NCBI GenBank assembly: GCA_050257045.1
Contig: JBLMWD010000074.1
Span: 6,442 to 70,441, forward strand
Reading direction: 5' to 3'
DNA length: 64,000 nt
Origin: Bacteroidota bacterium
GTDB lineage: Bacteria > Eisenbacteria > RBG-16-71-46 > SZUA-252
Part shown: positions 58,175-64,000 of the stretch, piece by piece
How the letters are laid out: each line of letters begins with the position of its first letter
How positions within the stretch are numbered: the stretch's first letter is position 1
The notes under the pieces: generated by a model
The model's database searches: none
Told to the model about the DNA's origin: nothing
The model's input: only the letters and a program-made list of their open reading frames with translations
Translations under genes and position numbers: made by a program

Positions 58175-58588
58175 ATGCAGGAGGAATCGTTGGCGGAGCA
58201 GTCCCTCGCGCGCCGGATCGAGCGGCTGGAGCGGCAGAACCGCCGGCTCCGGATCGGCGGCGCGATCGCGGCGCTGGCGGGAGCGGCCGCGCTCTGCGTC
58301 GGAGCGAGCGCTCCGCGCAAGACGGTGGAGTCGGATCTCCTCGTCTTCAAGGACGTGAAGGGAACGACGCGGATGATCGTGGGGATGGCGGACGACGGCC
58401 CGGCGATCACCATGCTCGACGACAAGGGAAAGCTTCGGGCGAATCTCGGCGTGACGGAAAAGGGACCGTCTCTCGATCTACTCGACGAGACGGAGACCCC
58501 GCGCGTGCAGGTGTTCATCGACGACAAGCAGGTTCCCCGCGTGAACCTCTTCGACAGCAAGGGAACGCAGGTGACGTTCCGGCCGTAG
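58175..58588 (+). CDS. Hypothetical protein: short coiled coil, TM, then repeated beta units
   Basis: RIERLERQNRRL, TM, then units like GPAITMLDDKGKLR / GPSLDLLDETETPR / VPRVNLFDSKG. Confidence 0.6.
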   Translation: MQEESLAEQSLARRIERLERQNRRLRIGGAIAALAGAAALCVGASAPRKTVESDLLVFKDVKGTTRMIVGMADDGPAITMLDDKGKLRANLGVTEKGPSLDLLDETETPRVQVFIDDKQVPRVNLFDSKGTQVTFRP

Positions 58589-58603
58589 TCGGATCGGAAG
58601 CCG

Positions 58604-58640
58604 GCGGGCCGGTCCTTCGGGGCCGGCCCGTTTTCGTTTC
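58604..58640 (+). terminator. Rho-independent terminator
   Basis: Stem gcgggccggtcc / gggccggcccgt with TTCG loop, followed by tttcgtttc. Confidence 0.8.
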
Positions 58641-58673
58641 GTCCCGCCGCGCGCTCTGGCAAGATGCCGCCCG

Positions 58674-59603
58674 ATGACCCCGGCCCCGCGCACCGATATC
58701 GCCGACGAGCGGACCCCCGCCGCGTACGCCGGCTTCGCCGTGATGTCCCTCATCTGGGGGAGCACGTTCCTCGCGATCCGGATCGGCAACGAGGCGGTGG
58801 CCCCGGTCTGGAGCGCCGTGATCCGCCTCGCGATCGCGATGCCGCTCTACCTCGCGATCGCCGCCACGACGCGCGCCGAATGGCCGCGGGGCGCCGAGCT
58901 CCGGGCGACCCTCGGCTACGGCGTCCTGAACTACGGCGTCAACTTCGTGCTCCTCTACTGGGGCGAGCTCCAGGTGGCGAGCGGCACGGCCTCGGTCCTC
59001 TACGCGACGATTCCCCTCATGACGTCGCTCACGGCGGCGCTCCTCGGGGTGCAGCCGCTCCGTGCGGGCGATGTGACGGGCGCCGTCGTCGGACTCCTGG
59101 GAGTCGCGCTCGTCTTCTCCGGCGAGCTCTCGCAAGGAGGCCCGCTGTTCGCGCTCGGGATCGTGTTCGTGGGCTCGATCGCCGCGGCGCTCTCGGGCGT
59201 GGTCCTCAAGACCGCCCCGCCCCGCTCGACGTGGGTCGTGAACGGGCTCGGCGCGGCGGCGGGGCTCGCGGTATGCTTGCCCGCCAGCTTCGCGCTCGGC
59301 GAAGCGCGTGTCCTCCCGCGCGGTCTCGAGGGGTGGGGACCGATCCTCTACCTCGTCGTCGCGGGCAACCTGGGCGCCTACGCGCTCTACGGATGGCTGA
59401 TCACGAAATGGAAGGTCACGAGCGTGAGCGCCATCTCGCTCGTGATCCCGGTCATCGCGGTGCTCCTCGGCGCGCTGGTCCGCTCCGAGGCTCTGACCGC
59501 CGGCACGTTCGCCGGGACGGCATTGGTCCTCGCGGGCGTGGCGATCACGCTGTTCACCGGGCGGCGCAGGGTCGCGCCGTCCCCCTCCAGGGAGGTGTCA
59601 TGA
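58674..59603 (+). CDS. EamA/DMT-family transporter
   Basis: LIWGSTFLAIRIG; about 10 TM in two repeats. Confidence 0.9.
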   Translation: MTPAPRTDIADERTPAAYAGFAVMSLIWGSTFLAIRIGNEAVAPVWSAVIRLAIAMPLYLAIAATTRAEWPRGAELRATLGYGVLNYGVNFVLLYWGELQVASGTASVLYATIPLMTSLTAALLGVQPLRAGDVTGAVVGLLGVALVFSGELSQGGPLFALGIVFVGSIAAALSGVVLKTAPPRSTWVVNGLGAAAGLAVCLPASFALGEARVLPRGLEGWGPILYLVVAGNLGAYALYGWLITKWKVTSVSAISLVIPVIAVLLGALVRSEALTAGTFAGTALVLAGVAITLFTGRRRVAPSPSREVS

Positions 59604-59965
59604 AGACGCTGACCGCCGTGCTCCGCCCGCGCCGTCGCGCGGTGCTCCCGCTGCTCCTCCTCGCGCTCGCCATGGGGCTCGCCGGCTGTAAGGGCGCCAC
59701 CAAGATCAAGACGCTCCTCGACGATCCCGGTCGCTACGACGGTCAGGTCGTGCGGGTCGGAGGCAACGTGGTCACATCGGTCGGTCTGCTGGGCTACGGC
59801 GCATTCAAGCTGGACGACGGGACGGGGTCGATCCTCGTGGTCACGAAGCACGGGGTGCCGCGTGAGGGGGCGAAGGTGGGCGTGGAGGGAACGTTCCACT
59901 CGGTCTTCACCTTCCACGACGAAGGCGGAGCCGCCATCGAAGAGACCACTCGCTACGAACCGTGA
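59600..59965 (+). CDS. Small lipoprotein with OB-fold-like domain
   Basis: GGAGG RBS; lipobox LAG-C; VRVGGNV...FKLDDGTGSILVV...VGVEG. Confidence 0.7.
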   Translation: MKTLTAVLRPRRRAVLPLLLLALAMGLAGCKGATKIKTLLDDPGRYDGQVVRVGGNVVTSVGLLGYGAFKLDDGTGSILVVTKHGVPREGAKVGVEGTFHSVFTFHDEGGAAIEETTRYEP

Positions 59966-60891
59966 GCCGCGTTCTCGCGCGCCCAGTAGGCGGCCGCCTC
60001 CGCCATGCCGGAGGCGTAGTCCCGTCGCGGGCGGTAGCCGAGCTCGCGGCGGACGCGGCCGGCTTCGAAGCGCGCCGTGGAGTATCCGCCGATCTCCGCC
60101 TCGGGGATCGACTCGAGCGGGGGCGCGCCGAACCACCCCCGAACCTCGTCCGTGTAGTCGCGCCAGGTGACCGCTCCGTCGGTCATGTCGTAGATCCGCC
60201 CCACGGCGCGATCGTCCTCGAGCGCGAGGAGCACCGTGTCGGCCAGATCGTCGACATGCAGCCAGGGAATCGTCTCGCGGCCATCGCCGCGCAGCTTCAT
60301 CTGCCGGTCCCGGATCCGGCGTGGCATCCTCACCGCCCACGTCGACGTGCGATGGAAGCCGAGGATCGCCCCTGGACGGAAGATCACCGAGGAGAGCCCG
60401 CGCTCCATGGATTCGAGCACGACACGATCGGCTTCGGCCTTGGTGAGCCCGTACGGGTCGCCCTCTTCCTTGATCGGGGCCGATTCGTCCATCGTCTCGA
60501 GCGACGTCCGGGCGTAGACCGACAACGTGGAGACGTGGACGTAGCGGAGGACTCCCGCGGCGCGCGCCGCCTCGACCATCGAGCGCGTCCCCTCGACGTT
60601 CACGTGCCGCGCGGTCTCCATGTCGGGGCCCGCCGTGGCGGCGCAGTGGACCACCGCGTCCACGCCCCGCGCCGCGGCCGCGGCCGTCTCGGGTCGGGTG
60701 AAGTCCCCCTCGATCTCGTCGATCCACGGCGCGACATCGGGATCGGCGAGCTCCGGCGCTCCCTTCGCGCGCACGATCGCGCGCACGCGGCTCCCGGCTT
60801 GCGCCAGGCGCCGCGCCACGCGGCTCCCCACGAACCCGGTGGCGCCGGTCAGGAGGACCGGTCCCCGTCCGTTATCATCTCGCTCGGTCAT
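59953..60891 (-). CDS. NAD-dependent epimerase/dehydratase (extended SDR)
   Basis: TGATGFVG, HCAA, STLSVY, YGLTK, RPGAILG. Confidence 0.9.
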   Translation of the reverse strand: MTERDDNGRGPVLLTGATGFVGSRVARRLAQAGSRVRAIVRAKGAPELADPDVAPWIDEIEGDFTRPETAAAAARGVDAVVHCAATAGPDMETARHVNVEGTRSMVEAARAAGVLRYVHVSTLSVYARTSLETMDESAPIKEEGDPYGLTKAEADRVVLESMERGLSSVIFRPGAILGFHRTSTWAVRMPRRIRDRQMKLRGDGRETIPWLHVDDLADTVLLALEDDRAVGRIYDMTDGAVTWRDYTDEVRGWFGAPPLESIPEAEIGGYSTARFEAGRVRRELGYRPRRDYASGMAEAAAYWARENAAHGS

Positions 60892-60920
60892 CGTCGATTC
60901 CCTTTCTCGAGAGGAGCGGC

Positions 60921-61340
60921 ATGCGGCGCACCAAGGACTACCTGAATTCGATCGGCATCCTGCTCCTGCGCGTCGGCGCGGGCTCGCTCCTCCTCTTCGG
61001 CCACGGCCTTCCCAAGCTGCTCCACTGGAGCGACCGGATCGCCCACTTCCCGAACCCGATCGGGCTCGGCCCCCAGGTGAGCTTCTCGCTGGTCGTGTTC
61101 GCGGAGGTGGTCTGCGCGGCCGCGGTCACGCTCGGCGTCGCCACGCGGCTCGCGACCGCGCCGATCATCTTCTTCCTGCTCGTCGGCGCGCTCGTGCAGA
61201 GCCCCTCGGTGCCGTTCTCCGACCGCGAGCTGGCGTTGATCTACCTCGTCCCCTTCGCGGCGCTCGCGCTCACGGGGGGAGGACGCTACGCGGTCGACAC
61301 GGTGATCCTGCGCGGCCGGGCGGGCCGCCGGCGGCTCTAG
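60921..61340 (+). CDS. DoxX-family membrane protein
   Basis: LLLRVGAG..L..HGLPK, AEVVCA, LATRLA, GGGRYAVD. Confidence 0.88.
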   Translation: MRRTKDYLNSIGILLLRVGAGSLLLFGHGLPKLLHWSDRIAHFPNPIGLGPQVSFSLVVFAEVVCAAAVTLGVATRLATAPIIFFLLVGALVQSPSVPFSDRELALIYLVPFAALALTGGGRYAVDTVILRGRAGRRRL

Positions 61341-61383
61341 CCCCCCGCGCCGGCTCTCCGGCGAACCGGGGTGGATCCGGCGC

Positions 61384-62151
61384 TCAGCGGAGCTGGTACT
61401 CCACCGTGGCGACGACGCGCACGATCTTGTACATCTGCGTCGCCTCGGGAACCGACGGGCCCTGGTCGGAGCCGGCCGCGTCCCGCGGGAGGATCACGAA
61501 GACGCCCTGGTTCGCGCGGTGGATCCCGCCGAGGTTGCTCTTCGAGTCCTTGGCGAACTGCTCGGCCGACTTGCGCGCCTCCGCGGTCGCCTCGGCGATC
61601 ATCGCGGGCTTCAGGTCGTTCAACTTCCGGAAGACGTAGCTGGGCCCGCCCGGGCCCCATTCCGGGCCTGACGAGAGGACGACGCCCGCCTCCACCAGCT
61701 GACCCACCTTCTGGCTCGTCGCCTGGACGCGGTCGGGATTGCCCGAGCGCACGTTCACCGCCTGCTGGAGGATGAAGCGCGTTCCACCGGGACGCTGCTC
61801 GGTGCGGAAGGGATTGGCAAGGATGTCGGTCACCTTGAGCGTCTGCGGCTCGATCTCCGTCGAATCGATCCCGTTCGCCCGGAGGAAGGCGACCACGCGC
61901 GCCACGTTCTGGCTCATGCGCGTCTGCGCGGCGGCGAGGTCGTTGTCGGTGACCGCGAGCTGGATCGGCCAGAGCGCGAGATCGGCCTTCACCTCGCGCT
62001 CGGCAACCCCCTTCACCGTGACGAAGCGGTCCGCGGTGCGGACGTTCTGGACCCCCATCCCCACGAACCAGCCGGCCAGCGCGACGCCGAGCGCGAGGAC
62101 GATCCCGACGAGTCCCCGGCCGCGCGGCGCGTCCACCCTTTCGGCCGCCAT
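61384..62151 (-). CDS. SIMPL (DUF541) domain protein
   Basis: N-terminal TM; VTVKGVAEREVKADLA, LKPAMIAEAT..AR..A.QFA.DS, ANQGVFVI, K.VRVV.TV.Y. Confidence 0.88.
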   Translation of the reverse strand: MAAERVDAPRGRGLVGIVLALGVALAGWFVGMGVQNVRTADRFVTVKGVAEREVKADLALWPIQLAVTDNDLAAAQTRMSQNVARVVAFLRANGIDSTEIEPQTLKVTDILANPFRTEQRPGGTRFILQQAVNVRSGNPDRVQATSQKVGQLVEAGVVLSSGPEWGPGGPSYVFRKLNDLKPAMIAEATAEARKSAEQFAKDSKSNLGGIHRANQGVFVILPRDAAGSDQGPSVPEATQMYKIVRVVATVEYQLR

Positions 62152-62280
62152 GCGTTCCCTCCCCCTGGATCCGGCGATCCCACGACGGCGGCAGTATAGA
62201 CGAAATCGGCGGGCCGCCACGTGGACGGCCCGCCGAGGAAATGGGAGCGTGACGGAGCCCCTCCGCCCCGCGCACCCGAT

Positions 62281-62553
62281 CTACTTCACGATCGTCGTGC
62301 TGTCGCCGCCCCCTCTTCGGGTCAAGGCAATGATGAGAATGATCAGGACGACGGCTCCGACCAGTGCCCAGAGCCTCCAGTCCGATACGAACTCCGAGGT
62401 GGTCGTCGTGGTCACGGCGGAGTGGCTGGTCGCCGAACCGGACGTGACCGACGAAGAATCCTGCGCCCGAACCGCCGGTGCGAGCAGCATCGCCGACGCC
62501 GTCGTCAGGCCGATGGAGATGCGGCGGCACAGTGTGAGGCCGAAGCGTTTCAT
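62281..62553 (-). CDS. Secreted/membrane miniprotein (90 aa): signal peptide, Ser/Thr linker, C-terminal TM; paralogue 2
   Basis: GAGGAGG RBS; AxA cleavage site; SDWRLWALVGAVVLIILIIALTRR...STTIVK. Confidence 0.75.
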   Translation of the reverse strand: MKRFGLTLCRRISIGLTTASAMLLAPAVRAQDSSSVTSGSATSHSAVTTTTTSEFVSDWRLWALVGAVVLIILIIALTRRGGGDSTTIVK

Positions 62554-62619
62554 GGGTGCCTCCTCAGTCGGGCGACATGGGAGCCCTGCAAGGCCCCACG
62601 CGCCGCCCTCGATCGGGGG

Positions 62620-62901
62620 TTACTTGACCACGGTGGTACTGCTTCCGCCCCTGCCTCGAGTCAATGCGATGATGAGAACCACGAGGACCACGACGCCGAC
62701 CAGCGCCCAGATCCTCCAGTCGGAGGTCCAGGAAGCCGCCGAGGTCGTCTCGGTCGTGGTGGACGTAACACTCCCGCCGCCACCCACCTCGCCTCCGCCG
62801 CCACCCTGCTGTGCCCACGCCGGAACCGCCGTAAGGGCGAGCAAGGACACCATGAAGCCGGTCTGCCAGAACCGACGAAGTGCCAGACCGAAGCGTTCCA
62901 T
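62620..62901 (-). CDS. Secreted/membrane miniprotein (93 aa): signal peptide, Gly/Ser/Thr linker, C-terminal TM; paralogue 1
   Basis: AAAGGAG RBS; AWA cleavage site; SDWRIWALVGVVVLVVLIIALTRGR...STTVVK. Confidence 0.75.
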   Translation of the reverse strand: MERFGLALRRFWQTGFMVSLLALTAVPAWAQQGGGGGEVGGGGSVTSTTTETTSAASWTSDWRIWALVGVVVLVVLIIALTRGRGGSSTTVVK

Positions 62902-62928
62902 ATCGGACTCCTTTCTATGTAATTCACA

Positions 62929-62954
62929 GGAGGGGAGCCTCGCGGCTCCCCTCC
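62929..62954 (-). terminator. GC-rich hairpin downstream of the OmpA-family gene
   Basis: Perfect 11-bp stem ggaggggagcc/ggctcccctcc with a 4-nt loop; T-tract weak. Confidence 0.55.
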
Positions 62955-62991
62955 CGCCTGCCGTGTTCGGAATGAAGCAAAGACAGTGCCG

Positions 62992-63999
62992 CTATTCGCC
63001 CTTCTGCAGCAGCCGCCGGCGTTCCCTCTCCTTCTTGAGTTCTTCGGTGTTGAGGACCTTGAACTCGACGCGGCGGTTCTTCGCCATCCCTTCCACGGAC
63101 TTGTTGGAGGCCACCGGCCTGTTCTCGCCGTAGCCCACCGCCGTGTACTGCTCCTTGTGGATCTGCGGGAAGTTCTGGATCAGGTAGTCCAGGACCGCCT
63201 GCGCGCGCTTCTGCGACAGATCCTTGTTGTACGCGTTCGACCCGCGCGCGTCGGTGTGGCCGCCGACCTCGATCCGCAGCTGCGGCCACTGGATGAGGAT
63301 CTTGCCGATCTCGTCGAGCACCGGGCGCGACTCGGGGAGGATGTCCCACTTCGCGGTCTCGAAGTGGATCTCACGCGTCGTGATGGTCCCCTTGTCGAGC
63401 AGCTGGGTCTCCTTCTCCGTGAGCTCGATCGGGCAGCCGTCCTTGTCGACCTTCACGTTCGGCGGCGTGTTCGGGCAGAGATCCTGGCTGTCCGAAACAC
63501 CGTCGTTGTCCGAGTCGACCGAGCAGCCGCGCGCGTCGACCTGCGTGTTCGGAGGCGTGTTCGGGCACTGGTCGATGCCGTCGGGAACGCCGTCGTTGTC
63601 GGAGTCCTTCGGGCAGCCGCGCTCGTCCACGACCGCACCCTGCGGCGTGTTCGGACACTGGTCGACGCCGTCCGGAACGCCATCGCCGTCCGAGTCCTTG
63701 GGGCAACCGCGCGCGTCGACCTGCGTGTTCGGCGGCGTGTTCGGGCACTGGTCGATGCCGTCGGGAACGCCGTCGTTGTCGGAATCGGTCGTGCAGCCGC
63801 GCGCGTCCACGGTGGCGCCCTTCGGCGTGTTCGGGCACTGGTCGATGCCGTCGGGCACGCCGTCGCCGTCGGAATCGAGCGGGCAGCCGTGCTCGTCCAC
63901 CCGCGCGCCGCGCGGCGTGTTCGGGCACTGGTCGTTCTTGTCGGGCACGCCGTCCCTGTCGGTGTCCTTACCCGTGATCGAGCCGCCCAGCGAGAGCTG
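62992..63999 (-). CDS. OmpA-family protein with thrombospondin type-3-like repeats (5' end outside window)
   Basis: C-terminal OmpA-like domain (GGHTDARGS..YN..LSQKRA, GYGENRP, NRRVEF) preceded by D-x-D-x-DGVPD..DQCP repeats. Confidence 0.92.
   Translation of the reverse strand, partial: QLSLGGSITGKDTDRDGVPDKNDQCPNTPRGARVDEHGCPLDSDGDGVPDGIDQCPNTPKGATVDARGCTTDSDNDGVPDGIDQCPNTPPNTQVDARGCPKDSDGDGVPDGVDQCPNTPQGAVVDERGCPKDSDNDGVPDGIDQCPNTPPNTQVDARGCSVDSDNDGVSDSQDLCPNTPPNVKVDKDGCPIELTEKETQLLDKGTITTREIHFETAKWDILPESRPVLDEIGKILIQWPQLRIEVGGHTDARGSNAYNKDLSQKRAQAVLDYLIQNFPQIHKEQYTAVGYGENRPVASNKSVEGMAKNRRVEFKVLNTEELKKERERRRLLQKGE
63431..63966 (-). repeat. Six tandem ~90-nt (30-aa) TSP3-like calcium-binding repeats
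   Basis: Unit DSDxDGVPDGxDQCPNTPxxxxVDxxGC; several are near-identical at DNA level. Confidence 0.9.
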
Positions 64000-64000
64000 G

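Overview
GC-rich (roughly 70% by eye), densely coding chromosomal window from a diderm, apparently aerobic or facultative bacterium; the taxon cannot be fixed from the sequence alone. (1) 1-5853: 3' part of an operon with an outer-membrane beta-barrel (truncated by the window), two paralogous PelC/CsgG-like lipoproteins, a secreted protein with a His/Met-rich tail, and a 1068-aa periplasmic cytochrome c with 42 CXXCH motifs. This is a candidate porin-cytochrome conduit or nanowire export system and the strongest lead. (2) 6-22 kb: accessory genes (ABC ATPase plus permease-M1 peptidase fusion, DCC-LMF fusion, GT4, tRNA-Leu(UAA), CNNM/CBS protein, Trx-NHL, ribA, triple-YHS protein, nucleotidyltransferase, M3 peptidase, hemerythrin-like protein). 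(3) 22-32 kb: pentose-phosphate/glycolysis cluster (rpiB, pgi, VOC, tal, gnd, zwf, opcA, glk, fbaB). (4) 32-45.4 kb, minus strand: alternative complex III (actABCDEF), a membrane-anchored diheme cytochrome c and an A2-type aa3 oxidase with ctaA/ctaB/ctaG but no subunit III gene. (5) 45.8-56.7 kb: complete classical menaquinone pathway (menFDHBACE; convergent menG-menI) and ispG. (6) 56.7-64 kb: envelope and hypothetical genes, including two tandem paralogous ~90-aa signal-peptide plus C-terminal-TM miniproteins and a partial OmpA/TSP3 protein. Several genes have a TAnnnT box 6-8 nt before the start codon, suggesting leaderless mRNAs. No CRISPR array, IS element, integrase or rRNA was seen. Several start codons were re-called by eye from the ORF track.
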